Shown: positions 42,588 to 57,783, counted from the stretch's first letter. The stretch: 64,000 nucleotides of DNA from Octopus vulgaris (GCA_951406725.2 OX597833.1:70432001-70496000); one strand, 5' to 3'. Notes: a model not told the origin generated them from the sequence alone. Made by a program: numbers and translations.

Positions 42588-43948
42588 ACCGTATTTCATT
42601 CCACATTGGCTACCTCTGAAGAGGTAAGCTACTTACCACACAGCCACTCTCGCGCCTACAAGCCACACAATGAGTATGAGGATGCTTCCGGGGGAATAGT
42701 GAGGCACCAGATTAGTGCTCGAACACTTCAATTTTTTTCTAATCGAACTTCTTAATCAGTGAAATATAACCCAGACGTAGGCGAGTTGGCTAGAAAAATC
42801 GATTCGAGCAAACATCAATAAAGAGAAATGAAAAATCACTGATGTACGGGATATAATCAAAATTGTTACATAATTGAAAAGGATATAATCACATCTTTAC
42901 AGCTGTTTCGACGTATACTATTAATTTTGGATATATAGTTATAATTAGTTGCCGAAATATAAAGACTTGGTAGCCATGTATTATGATGATGATGATGGAG
43001 GAAGAGGATGAGGACAAGAAAGAGGGAGAGGTGGGGGATGCGGAGGAGGAGAAAGACGCAAAAGAAAAAGATAGAGAAGAGAGGAGGAAGCGAAAGCGGA
43101 GGAAGAAGCAGAGGAAGAGAAAGAGGAAGACTAGGAGAAGAAGAGGAGGAGAAGGAGGCAGAAGGGGAAGACGAAGGAGAGGAAGAGAAAATGTCGAAGT
43201 TGTTTAACCACAGGACTGCGCAAATCGAGTACCCTTATGATTAAAGACGGTCCAGCTGTGATCATCTCGTTTTTTTTCATGCTTTTGTTTGTTTTTATTT
43301 ATTTATTTTTTTTTTTTTTTGTACTTGTTTCAGTCATTTGACTGCGGCCATGCTGGAGCACCGCCTTTAGAGTGGTGAAAGAGTACAGCAGGGATCACCA
43401 CCATCCCCTGCCGGAGCCTCGTGGAGCTTTTAGGTGTTTTCGCTCAATAAACACACACAACGCCCGGTCTGGGAATCGAAACCGCGATCCTCCGACCGCA
43501 AGTCCGCTGCCCTAACCACTGGGCCATTGCGCCTCCTATTATTCTTTTTTATTGCTATTTTTTCCGACATTTTGTATCTAGGACTATGTTTTTCTACAAT
43601 GTCTTTCGTTTCTTTGAAAACGATAAGATATTGATGGGAGGGGCGGTGCTTTAAGGATTAATCATCGCAGTCAACGAAAACCGTCCCCAGGGGAGGAGGT
43701 AAAAACAAATACGCCAACGGTTGTCTTTTCAGTTTGGCGGGTATTTGCCACCACCCCGATATGACGTCTGTCACGTGATAACGTCAACACACACATACAT
43801 ACACACACACACACATATACGCATAAGCACATACGTATACACGCATATTCCCACACATATACACACGCATACATCCACACACATACAAGCATGCGCATAC
43901 ACACACAAGCACAAACACACATGCACATATTCACACAAACACACGTAT

Positions 43949-44378
43949 AGGCGCAGGAGTGGCTGTGTGGTAAGTAGCTTGCTTACCAACCACATGGTTC
44001 CGAGATCAGTCCCACTTCGTGGCATCTTGGGTAAGTGTCTTCTGCTATAGCCTCGGGCCGACCAATGCCTTGTGAGTGGATTTGGTAGACGGAAACTGAA
44101 AGAAGCCTGTCGTATATATGTATATATATATATATATGTGTGTGTGTATGTGCGTGTATATGTTTGTGTGTCTGTGTTTGTCCCCCCCCCCCACCATCGC
44201 TTGAAAACCGATGCTGGTGTGTTTACGTCCCCGTCACTTAGCGGTTCGGCAAAAAGAGCCCGATAGAATAAGTACTGGGCTTACAAAAGTATAAGTTCCG
44301 GGGTCGAGTTGCTCGACTAAAGGTGGTGCTCCAGCATGGCCGCAGTCAAATGACTGAAACAAGTAAAAGAGTAAAAGA
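43949..44378 (+). mobile_element. tRNA-derived SINE family A, full length (other copies ~752-882-, 4520-4912-, 5855-6218-, 12219-12540+, 16928-17075-, 28090-28520+, 50622-50778-, 53593-53980-, 54860-55030+, 58657-58812+, 60700-60900-)
   Basis: ggcgcaggagtggctgtgtggtaag (A box)...ggttcagtccc-like (B box), CORE-like cttgggcaagtgtctt, internal (TA)n(TG)n, tail gactgaaacaagtaaaaga. Confidence 0.9.
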
Positions 44379-44802
44379 CATACATACATACATACATACA
44401 TACATACATACATACATACACATACACACACATAGTCATACACGCAAGCACATACATACTTACACATACTGAGACACATGCTGAGTGATGACAAGATTAC
44501 GCAAGTTGTCTCAGAGCAGCGAGAGGCCGTTTCCAATTTTCTAGAAGTGGAACAAAAGTCTAAAATAAAAGTACAATGAACTGTTTGGTTGACTGATTCT
44601 CAGTTTGATACCAAATTCTTTCTCTCTTAATTTTTTTTCCGTGTTGTCACAAGAAAAAAAAAAACAGAAATTAAAACGTATTTTTATATATTTTATATAT
44701 TTTTCCTCTGCCTTCGTCTACATGTATGTTGAGGCTCTACCACGGCTAATGGTGACATGGGCATGTACGACGCATATAGATAGAGAGAGAGAGGGAGAGA
44801 GA

Positions 44803-46055
<1,253 letters not shown>

Positions 46056-46405
46056 TGCATAGATGGATTATGGATAGAGAAACAAATAGGTGTGTTCGTA
46101 TTGAAAGAGTCTCCAGATAGTTGTGCTATGAATGCGACACTTTGACAAACCAAAGGCATTCTTACAAACATTGTTGTCGACCAGACAACAACAACATCAG
46201 CAACATCAACAATTATAATAACAACCAAGTCTGCACGAGGATCGGCAATAATGATAATAACGTAATTAATCATTTAATTAGTTTCCTTATCTGACATCGG
46301 CGATAACGATAACAGACGATTGGCGATGCAAATAACGAGGCAAGCATGCAACTAGGCTCGACTTCATGAAAATGCATTTATGCAGCGTGTTTCAGCGTGG
46401 ATATA

Positions 46406-46918
46406 TCTATATATATAAAACTGTAGTTGTGTGAGTGTCTGTCCCCTTCGATTTAGATTCCTAACTACTCCCACATTTTGCGGTGCAGTTTAACCAAATT
46501 CGGGTATCTTATAGTCGTGATTCATATCGAGCCCGTCTGGCTATTAGCGCGCGTCTACGATGAGTCTACGATTTTAAAAATAATTTAACATCATTTTTTA
46601 TTCCATTTTAATGCATAATTTTACGTGTGTCGATGGCGGCGGAGTTGGCGTCCATGGTCACACCTGCACCTGTTTGCTTCTCCCCCTTCTTCCCTCCCTC
46701 GTGAAGCTGTGGGGAAGGGAGTGTAAGGAAATCAATGTCGTAAAGCGTTGTCAAGGAGACCAGCGTTCTTTTAGAACATTGACTTCATGGCTTGAAGACA
46801 CCAAAACAGAAATGGCTAAGAAAGCCCGAATTGGCATCTATAAGGGAAGTAACTCTCTAAAAATGCTTATATAGTTATTTCCCTTACAAACCCGAGCAAC
46901 GCCGGGCGATACTGCTAG
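46406..46918 (+). mobile_element. Non-autonomous Helitron
   Basis: A|TCtatatatataaaactgtagttgtgtg ... cccgagcaacgccgggcgatactgCTAG|T. Confidence 0.88.
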
Positions 46919-46969
46919 TACAGTATATGAAAGAATATGTAGTTCAGTACAACTGTATGTTATAGTCCT

Positions 46970-47354
46970 GTGGAGGCGCAATGGCCCAGTGGTCAGGGCA
47001 GCGGACTTGCGGTCATAGGATCGCGGTTTCGATTCCCAGACCGGGCGTTGTGAGTGTTTATTGAGCGAAAACACCTAAAAGCTCCACGAGGCTCCGGCAG
47101 GGGATGGTGGTGATCCCTGCTGTACTCTTTCACCACAACTTTCTCTCACTCTTACTTCCTGTTTATGTTGTGCCTGTATTTCAAGGGGCCGGCCTTGTCA
47201 CTCTCTGTGTCACGCTGAATATCCCCGAGAACTACGTTAAGGGTACACATGTCTGTGGAGTGCTCAGCCACTTACAGGTTAATTTCATGAGCAGGCTGTT
47301 CCGTTGATTCGGATCAACCGGAACCCTCGTCGTCATAATCGACGGAGTGCTTCC
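46970..47354 (+). mobile_element. tRNA-Arg-like SINE family C, full length with a 13-bp TSD (relatives 20731-21033+, 25249-25598-, 30571-30880+, 43372-43536-; same tail on 10095-10410- and 40690-41012-)
   Basis: ggaggcgcaatggcccagtgg...ggtttcgattccc head; TSD atgttatagtcct at 46957-46969 and 47355-47367. Confidence 0.9.
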
Positions 47355-47749
47355 ATGTTATAGTCCTAGAGTGCTCGACACTCTTACCTAGAGCTAAAAA
47401 TAATATTATGCGTGTGTGTGTTATCGATAAATATGCATAAACTTGTTAGCAGTTCAAATATGCTTGAAGCAAATTCGAACCCGTAAGAAAGACGTTCACT
47501 TGGTGTGTTTACAACTATTTGACTACAGTGAGAAATGTTTTCCATAACAAAATGCAGCAAATTGTTTTGTTACGGGTTCGAATTCGCCTCATGCATATTT
47601 GAACTGGTAACACGACTTAGCGCTCGCTGTCACGCCATATTTGATTGACGGTGAGCCGCCGACTTGCGTGACTAATCAGTGTATGATGACGGGCATATAA
47701 GAGAGACCCGTCTCTCGTGTCAGTTCGCAATGTCTACATTTCCGTTTTC

Positions 47750-47795
47750 TGCTGCTGAAGAGGAGATAACTACTCCGAAATGCATACATCCATCA
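47750..47795 (+). ncRNA. Minimal type I hammerhead ribozyme (first unit of tandem)
   Basis: tgctg-CTGAAGA-GGAG ataacta CTCC-GAAA-TGCATACA-TC-catca; one stem I mismatch; 257 nt upstream of the homologous copy. Confidence 0.8.
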
Positions 47796-48006
47796 ATATG
47801 GCTAGCGGGGTGCTTCGAACTGACTTGATGTACTTCCACCTACTTGTCCACTGCGAGAAAACTACACTTATCCCTGATTAGCACTTTGATTTCGTATTAT
47901 ATTACGGCCGATCCGCCAATTAGCGCAACCAATCACAGTACTCTGACTGGAATATAATGTGAGAGATCTATCTCAAGTCAGTCCTTTGCAATCCATTTCT
48001 AGTGTC

Positions 48007-48052
48007 TGATGCTGAAGAGGAGATAACTGCTCCGAAATGCATGCATCCATCA
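48007..48052 (+). ncRNA. Minimal type I hammerhead ribozyme (second unit of tandem)
   Basis: tgatg-CTGAAGA-GGAG ataactg CTCC-GAAA-TGCATGCA-TC-catca; all three stems pair; AUC triplet. Confidence 0.88.
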
Positions 48053-49203
48053 ATCTGGCTAGTGGGACACTTCGAATTGACTTGGTGTGCTTGCATCTAT
48101 TTGTCGACAGCGAGAAATTTCTCTCCATGACAAAATACAGCGAAAGGTTTTCTTACAGGTTCGAATACGCCTCGAGCATATTTGAACTAGTTTATACTTT
48201 TACACATCACTGCTTAGCGCTTCAATTTCGCAATAATTATTATGCTATCATTAGCAATAATACTGCTTAATGATCAATTCATTAAAGATATGATGTTTAC
48301 TGAAGCTACCAACAGCTGAGAAGTTATGTACTTTGGGGGAACGGACAAACGTAGAGAGAGACAGACTCACTGCTAATTAATTAATGATTTATAATTAACG
48401 AAGGGCAACGTTTTCTCTGCTCTAGTTAGCTCATTAATGTCCCTTGCAATTGTGAACCTGGCATATGTGTGTGTATGTGTGTGCGTGTGTGTGTGTGTAT
48501 GTATACATGCGTGTGTGCATACGTGTGTGAGTGTGTGTGTGCATGTATGAAGCTATTGTGTGCGTTGGTGGTGCAGTTTTCTTCTTTCCTGAAACAATAT
48601 CATTATTTTGCTTTTCACGTACGACGATGAGCTAGCAGAATTGTTGGCATGCCGGGCGAAATTCTTAGCAGTATTTCTGCCCGTCGCTACGTTCTGAGTT
48701 CAAATTCCGCCGAGGTCGACTTTGCCTTTCATCCTTTCGGGGTCGATAAACTAAGTACCAGTTACGCACTGAGGTCAATGCAATTGATTCATCCCCTCCC
48801 CCAAAATTGCTGCCCTTGAGGCAAAATTTGACCCCAAAGGCGGCAAGCTGGCAGAGTCGTTAGCACGCCGGGCGAGATGCTTAGCAGTATTTCGTCTGTC
48901 TTCGTGTTCTGAGTTCAAACTCCACTTTGCTTTTCATCCTTTCGGGGTCGATAAAGTAAGTACCCCACCCCTCCAATTTTCAACCAGCATTTCGTCCGTC
49001 TTTAAGTTCTGAGTTCAAGAACTCTCCGGGTCGATACGATGAGTACCACTGGAGTCGTCGTCGTCGACTAACCCCCTCTCCAAAAATTTCAAGCCTTGTG
49101 TCTATGATGGAAAAGATTATTATTATTAAAGACACTTCCGTTCTTTACAGAGAGAGTGAGAAAAACGACAAACGTCCCAGGACAATTCATTTCTATTTAC
49201 GTT

Positions 49204-49262
<59 letters not shown>

Positions 49263-49312
49263 CAGCAGCAACAGCAGTAGCAGTTGTGGTAGTAGTAGTA
49301 GTTGTAGTAGTT

Positions 49313-49358
<46 letters not shown>

Positions 49359-50134
49359 CAGCAGCAGCAGTTTTCTTGACATATTTACATTATTTGGTGG
49401 GTGCGGTTTTTTATTATGTAGGAAATAAGGGGCAACAATTTACCAGTCACCCCCGCCCTCCTGCCCCCCTCCCCTCCCCCTCTCTCTCTTTCCTCCTCTC
49501 TCTCTCTCTCCCTCTCTTTCTCTACCTACTTTAATACATGCAACCACCTACATGCATATATATATATATATATATATACACATGCTTATACATCTGTGTG
49601 TGTATGTGTGCGTTGTGTGTGTGTTGTGTGCATATACGTGTACAAACACATACACACGTGTACGTATACATATATACATGTGTGTATGTATGTGCCTGTG
49701 TGTCTGTATGTATGTGTATATGCATGTATGCGCGTATGCATACATGTGTGTATATGTATGTATATACAATTATGTCATACTTGTTTCTATTCATGCGTAT
49801 GCATGTGCAGAGGTGCACGTGTTCGTTTTTATATTTATACTAGATGTATAAATATAAAAATACGTACGTAGACATAAACTCACACACGTGTGTGTGTGTG
49901 TGTGTGTGTGCAAGCATGTGTGTATAAATGCGAGTGTGTCTGTGCTTGCGTGTGTGATTGTGTGTTGGTGGGTGTAAATGTGTGTCACCGACATTCTGGG
50001 AACATTTGGCTAAATAGGGCAGAAGGTATCATTTGATAGAATATTTTGACAAACCTTCGGAATGCAAACGCACTGAGCTACATTTCAGCATACTCCTGTG
50101 TCTATAGCATCGCACAGACACAAAGACATAAATA

Positions 50135-50181
<47 letters not shown>

Positions 50182-50203
50182 ATGTCCTGCTGGGTTTGGC
50201 TAC

Positions 50204-50246
50204 TCTGCATTGATAAAGGGCAAATACCCTGAAACATGTCTGCAGA
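50204..50246 (+). ncRNA. Type I hammerhead ribozyme, U3-A8 core variant
   Basis: tctgca-TTGATAA-AGGG caaata CCCT-GAAA-CATG-TC-tgcaga; stems I and II perfect, palindromic stem III, GUC triplet. Confidence 0.8.
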
Positions 50247-50488
50247 TGCCTGACCAGCAAGGGCAAGCGGCTGACCTCCCCTGTTAGAGGTTATAATGGA
50301 CACAGGTTCGTGTGTCATATAGCTAGCTAGAGGCGATGGCCTCTTGGAGCTAATCAACGGCAGCTTTCATCGTATATTTATGGACCGCCATATTAGCTTG
50401 GCGATAACTATTAATACATACATACATACATACATACATACATACATACATGCATTTATCAAAAGAAAAACATGATACAAAGGATTTA

Positions 50489-50576
50489 GCGGTACATATG
50501 TTTCTGGCTTTTATTAGACAGTTTATATCAATGCATAATTAATGTAATATGTATGTCAATAGCCTTCTTCAGCCGC
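50489..50576 (-). ncRNA. Type I hammerhead ribozyme with long stem II insert
   Basis: Minus strand: gcgg-CTGAAGA-aGGCT...AGCCa-GAAA-CATATG-TA-ccgc. Confidence 0.75.
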
Positions 50577-51599
50577 GCACAATTACTACTCCAAGGACAT
50601 GTATATATATATATATATATATATGACGAGCTTCTTCAGTTTCCCTCTACCAAATCCACTCACTAGGCTTTGGTCGACGCGAGGCGATAGCAGAAGAGAC
50701 ACTTGACCAAGGTTCCACGCAGCCCGGAACCATGTGGTTGGGAAGCAAGCTTCTTACCATACAGCCACCTTTGTGCCTATGGATTGATGGATGTGTGCGT
50801 GTGTGTGTGTGTGTGTATTAAGTGTGTATGCGTTGTGAGTGTGCATATGTATCTGCAGACATGAAGACGTCATGAAGGAACGTGGGGAAAAGCCTAATTG
50901 TTTGAGAAATAAGACCCTACAAACGGTAGGCAACAAGTCTGAATTGAATGACCTTGAAAACTTTGAAACTAAGCTCATTCAACCCATTTAAAATAAATGT
51001 AATATTCGAATATGATACCAATAACATTCAAAAGAACTTAGATGACCTCATAAAATCTATTCAAGGCTCTTGTAGTCATCCACATTCTTGGAGATAAAAA
51101 ATAAACCAAAGCTCTACACAAACCAGTTCTAGTTTCCCGCTCTAAACTTGTGTTGGGCAACTTTACTGAAATTCAAAACCAAACCGTTACAATGCAACCA
51201 ACCACGAAGGTAAAACACTGCCCTCCCAACTAATACTGGACTGCAGAGCAACAATATTAGCTATTTGCAGACCATATGCCACCCTTAAGGACCATAACGC
51301 CAAAATATTCTCCAAGTGTGGATTTGCGATTAAAAGTTTGTTTCCTAAACACATGGTTCCGGGTTCAGTTCCACTGTGTCGTATCTTGGACATTTGCCGT
51401 CTGCTATAGCCTCGAAGTTTCGGCTAAGCTCTTCTATAACCTCAAAAATTTTAGTCGAACGAATCGACCCCCAGGAACCTTTTTTAGCCTGATACTTATT
51501 CTATTAGACACTTTTGCTGAACCGCTAACTTACGATTGTGGGTGGGAGAAAACACAGAGACAGATACAACACACACATATATAAATGTTTGTGTGTGTG

Positions 51600-52772
<1,173 letters not shown>

Positions 52773-52785
52773 ATATATATATATA

Positions 52786-53240
52786 TATGGCCAGCTGGAG
52801 GAGTGTGTCCTCCTGGGGCTAAAAACTACAGTAGCATCCACCCTTAGGGGTTAGCCATATTGAAATGGCAAAAATACGTCACGATGTGTTACCGCTACTG
52901 TATATAACTCACTTTGATATTTATCATTGTTTGATTTCACTTTTTCAATATCAGCGACAGTGGACGCTGGAAAAAGTATAAGTATTTGTGAAGGAAATCT
53001 AATTCTCGCCGACAACTATGATTGTCACACGCTGACGAGAGGTCAATACCTCGAAACTCGAGTCCGTGTGTATCATAAGTTGAAGACGGGAAGGATGACT
53101 TCCCTTTGCAAATACTGACAGGACACAGATAGTGTGTCTATGGCCAGCTGGAGGAGTGTGTCCTCCTGGGACTAAAAACTACAGTAGCATCCACCCTTAG
53201 GGGTTAGCCATATTGAAATGGCAAAAATACGTCACGATAT
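52786..53240 (+). mobile_element. Retrozyme-like / non-autonomous Penelope-type element: 353-nt monomer plus ~100-nt terminal repeat
   Basis: Direct repeats tatggccagctggaggag...aatacgtcacgat at ~52786-52884 and ~53139-53238; HHR between them; (TA)n on both flanks; another 3'-end copy at ~57433-57512. Confidence 0.75.
53026..53070 (+). ncRNA. Minimal type I hammerhead ribozyme, canonical core
   Basis: cacacg-CTGACGA-GAGG tcaata CCTC-GAAA-CTCGAG-TC-cgtgtg: stems I and II perfect, palindromic stem III, GUC triplet at 53062-53064; stem I extends imperfectly to caactatga/tcataagttg. Confidence 0.9.
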
Positions 53241-53545
53241 ATATATATCTATATATTCATATATATATATATATTCAATACGAAGCAAGTAATTCACGAC
53301 AAAAAATACTTCACGAAAAAATAATTTGCGAAGATACCATTGACTGTTATTATCTAATGTAACAATTTAAAAATGATAATAACAGAATCAATAATATAGA
53401 TAATTGCAGGCTCAAAAAAAGCATTAAATAGCCGAAGGATTGAAATTAATCAAAAGACATACAAGGTATGTCTACCCGCTGGAAATAACAGTCAAAACTC
53501 TCATTTAAATAGCCAAAATATTTTAGCGACTTGTATAAGAGTTTT

Positions 53546-53592
<47 letters not shown>

Positions 53593-54762
53593 TATTTTAC
53601 TTGTTTCACTCATTTGACTGCGGCCATGCTGGAGCACCGCCTTTAGTCGAGCACATCGACCCCCGGGACTTATTCTTTGTAAGCCCAGTACTTATTCTAC
53701 CGGACCCTTTTGCCGAACCGCGAAGTGACGGGGACGTAAACAGACCAGCATCAGTTGTCAACCAATGCTAGGGGGACAAACACAGACACATGCATATACA
53801 TATATATATATATACACATATATACGACAGGCTTCTTACAGTTTCCGACCACGAAATCCACTCACAAGGCTTTGGTCGGTCCGAGGCTATAATAGAAGAC
53901 ACTTGCCCAAAGTACCGCACAGTGGGACTGAACCCGGTACCATGTGGTTGGGAAGCTAACTTCTAACCACACAGTCACGCTAACACTTCTACGGACAAAT
54001 TCTTCCTCAGAAAACTTCAACCTCAGACTGGATAACCATCGCTACTATTACCTGCACAGGTGATTGGTTAAAGACATCCGGTAACCTCTTCTCACAAATA
54101 TAAATATTCTGCATGTTTTGAGTTACAATGATCATTTCCTCCACCATCGGCTCCGCCATAACTGCAATTCTCACACCTGTAACCAGTGACAGCTAAACAA
54201 ATTATCTGTGGTAGAGATCCTCCTCCTACCGTTACCCATCAACAGCCCACCACTCATGTATTGCCGAGCCATTTCATCAAAACCAGAGTCTTCAGTTACC
54301 GGGTCACGTCTCTTCAATAATCCCGACCAATGAAACTGAAACGATTCTATTTCTACAATGCCTTTTTATTCCGGATATTTCTGACTAAAAACTTGTTCTT
54401 TTGTTGTCTTTAAGGTCGCGCCCGGTGAGTCGTAAAGGTGTAGGGGGGGGCGGGAGGACCATCAGCTTCGAACGCATAAAATAAACACTACAAGAACTCA
54501 GTACTTTTTCCTTCCTGATGTCTCCCTCTCTATCTATCTATTTATCTCTCTCTCTCTCTCTCATTACACACACACATACACACACAAAATCACACAAACA
54601 CACATACATACACACATACATACATACATACACACATACATACATATATACACATACATATAGATAGATAGATATTTATATAAATATATACACGCATACA
54701 AATACATATATGTACATATAGATAGATAGATAGATAGATACATACATACATACATACATACA

Positions 54763-54796
<34 letters not shown>

Positions 54797-55449
54797 CATA
54801 CACGCATATCAATGCATATATATACGTGTGTGCGTGTGTATACACATACGTATATATACCATCGCTTGACTTCGGGTGTTAGGCTGTAGCCGTTTCCAAA
54901 ATTAGCGGTTCGGCAAAAGCGATCGATAAAATAACGACCAGACTTTAAATAGATACTGGAATCGGCTTGTTTGACAAACCCAACAAGGAAATGCCCCAGC
55001 ATAGCCGCAATCCAATGACTGAAATAAGTATAATGCATCCGCGTGTGTGTCTTCTGTGATAGGATCGGCAAAAGAAAGAAAAACGACCCAATACCTGTGG
55101 TAGTGTTTAGTCGTTCGAAGCTGATGATTCACTCTGTCGCAATTTAGTTTCTCGCCACGAGCGATCCGCAATGCCTCGATGTTGTTGATGATGTTCAGAA
55201 CAAAGGCCCTCGATCTTCAGTCGTAGGTAAAAGGAACAGCAACGCAGGAGTGGCGTATGTAGGAGGTTTTGCTAGGAAGTGATCAATTTGCCTGTCACAA
55301 TACATGAGGGAGAGATCCTACCATTAGGAAGTTGTTGGAAGTTAAATTACCGTTGTAGTATTATACACAAGGGAGTTATTACTGTGTCATGTTACCAAGA
55401 GCTTTTAGCCAATAATCTGTGCTGCTAACGACAGAGTTTGTTATACGTT

Positions 55450-56100
55450 TGCAATAGAAACTTTTTAAGCAAACTTTGTTCATATGCTTGCAGGGGGATA
55501 ATATCTTCACTGCAATCGACCGGACTTATTAAAGTGCTAAACCAGGATGTTACTCACCCTTATACGGCATAGGTTACATCTCTTTCGATCGTTTGAATGT
55601 GGGTTCGCATTCTCGGCGAAGCTCCAGTTTATAGAGAAGTTGACGGTTATAACGTTCTTTAGCTTTTAGTATTTAGACTTTTTAAAAAATTAAACTATTC
55701 TAATCTCGCTTCTGATGGAGTGTGGGTGTTGTGTATATCTGATTTCAAAAGTATTTGCCGTTAATCCCATGTAACCCTTCTCTGAATCATATGCGGCTAT
55801 ATTATTTACTCGATACAGACCCGCCTTTGTGAAGCGTTTACTGTTAAGAAGCAAGGCGTAGTAGTGTTGAAAATGCATTCTGATGGTGGGGGCGGGGGAT
55901 ATATCTGTTAATATGGCCTTGGTTATGGTTGGAAACTTGAGATGCGATATTATCTAAGCGTCTATAGCTAACTTTAACATTGTTGTTATTGAAAGATCTT
56001 ATATTTTCTTACTATTAGGAAAAGACGTATGAAGGACAGGACGTTACCAGCTATGTTAGAATCTACGCTCATTCTGCATGGTTAAACCAGGTAATTTCTT
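55450..56100 (-). mobile_element. Penelope-like element relic (linker + GIY-YIG endonuclease), degraded
   Basis: Frameshifted pieces ITWFN, IFNNNNVKVSY..LDNIASQVSNHN, LLNSKRFTKAGLY...YMGLTANTFEIRYTQH and PHSNDRKRCNLC, typical of PLE C-termini. Confidence 0.8.
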
Positions 56101-56406
56101 TCAACTTTTTCAGCTTTATCGTGATATCATACACATATTCTACGTTTTATTCGTAGCTACTTCTTGCTGCATGTCGTTATTATAGTGTAGAACTTCACTG
56201 AATATTTCGCTATTTGAGACAATTTGGACACTTTAGATTATATTATCTACTAAGGTTATTTAGGGTTACGATTGGATAGTTAAAGTTTTAATTTATATAA
56301 GCTATCATCTGCTCATTTAGATTTCTATTAAAGAAGTGCTTGTCCATGCGAAAAGAAACCAAAAATCTCCATATTCTATCAGCTTCTTGAAAACTACATT
56401 GGATAG

Positions 56407-56800
56407 GGCGACGTGCTGGCAGAAACGTTAGCACGCCGGGCGAAATGCTTAGCGGTATTTCGTCTGCCGCTACGTTCTGAGTTCAAATTCCGCCGAGGTC
56501 GACTTTGCCTTTCATCCTTTCGGGGTCGATTAAATAAGTACCAGTTACGCACTTGGGTCGATATAATCGACTTAATCCGTTTGTATGTCCTTGTTTGTCC
56601 TCTCTGTGTTTAGCCCCTTGTGGGTAGTAAAAAAATAGGTATTTCGTCTGCCGTTACGTTCTGAGTTCAAATTCTGCCGATGTCGACTTTGCCTTTCATC
56701 CTTTCGAGGTCGATAAATTAAGTACCAGTCAAGTACTGGGGTCGATCTAATCGACTGGCACACTCCCCCAAAATTTCGGGACTTGTGCCGAAAGTAAAAA
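56407..56800 (+). mobile_element. tRNA-derived SINE family B with a Meta-like central domain (other copies ~2462-2690-, 3965-4110+, 7520-7805-, 9520-10070-, 24003-24333-, 25940-26345-, 34408-34750+, 41100-41305+, 48625-49120+, 61540-61760+)
   Basis: gctggcagaaacgttagcacgccgggcg...gagttcaaattcc (B box)...gtcgactttgcctttcatcctttcggggtcgat...aagtacc, often repeated internally. Confidence 0.88.
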
Positions 56801-56984
56801 AAAAATACATTGGATAATGCGGTCGCAGATATTTTGAATTCTAAAAAAATTATAAGAAGGTCATGGTTGGAAATCCTTTTATAATAGGACAGTCAAATCG
56901 ATAGGGCTGGCCTGAGGATCAACAACACTGAAAACAGCTCTTTGATACGATTCTACTAACCGCATTTTTCTCGCCTTCTTTCCG

Positions 56985-57250
56985 AGGAGTCAAGCTTCAG
57001 TTTTTGTAGCCCCTCCCAGTAACTCATTTGTTTCACCGAGTTATCTTCTTTGTGTAGTGGAGCCGGATTGCTTAAAGTTCTGCCACCAAATTGACCACAA
57101 CTGGGAGCAATAATCCAGACGACTAAGAACAAAATTCCTCCATAAGAGTAGCAGCGTATCCTTATTTCTGCTTCTGAACGATCTAAGAAGCCAACCAGCT
57201 ACTCGCCTGCGCAATGTTACCATCCTGGCAATAATGCGCATGGACATATA
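56985..57250 (-). mobile_element. CR1/L2-like LINE RT C-terminal relic
   Basis: GWLLRSFRSRNKDTLLLLWRNFVLSRLDYCSQLWS...MSYWEGL. Confidence 0.75.
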
Positions 57251-57783
57251 TATCTCAGCTTCACCTTGATCACCTTGACTGACCAGTCCGTCAGGCGTCC
57301 ATTTGACACCGCTGGTCACAGCACGCTGTCCACTCCTCTCTGGATCGTGCCTTTCTCATCCACGTGATATATTGATATTGATATATATATATATAACAAT
57401 GATAAATCTCAGAGCGAGTTATAAACAGTAGATGTCCTCCTGGGGCTACAAGCTACAGTAGCATCCACCCTTAGGGGTTAGCCATATTGAAATGGCAAAT
57501 ATACGTCACGATATATATATATATATATTGATAGAAATGGTAAGACAACGGAAGAATAAAAGAGACCTCGATATTATGTAAATAGATGAACTTATCAGTA
57601 AATATAATGTGACAATTATTCGGTAGCCATGATAAAACTCCGAGTTTTGGATGTCGGGGCAGAAACACACGCCGGCATCTCTTCAGTTATCGGGTCATCA
57701 AAAAAGAAAAAAAGCATTTTTGTCATATATTATATTTACAGACAGACAGACAGACAGACAGATAGACAGATAGACAGATAGAC

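Larger units (their letters stand above)
47448..48192 (+). mobile_element. Tandem HHR-bearing repeat (~257-nt unit) bracketed by inverted and direct copies of a ~45-nt end motif
   Basis: Two diverged units, each with an HHR; the motif cagttcaaatatgc...ttcgaacccgtaa at ~47450 recurs inverted at ~47568-47610 and ~48152-48190. Confidence 0.65.

Noticed and set aside
44458-44600. Candidate 5' UTR exon donor (GTAAGT on the minus strand at 44463-44458)
   Set aside because: Lies in a TACA-type repeat where the motif arises by chance; no independent support.
46970-47045. tRNA genes at SINE heads
   Set aside because: A/B boxes present but no complete cloverleaf; followed by SINE bodies, one with a TSD.
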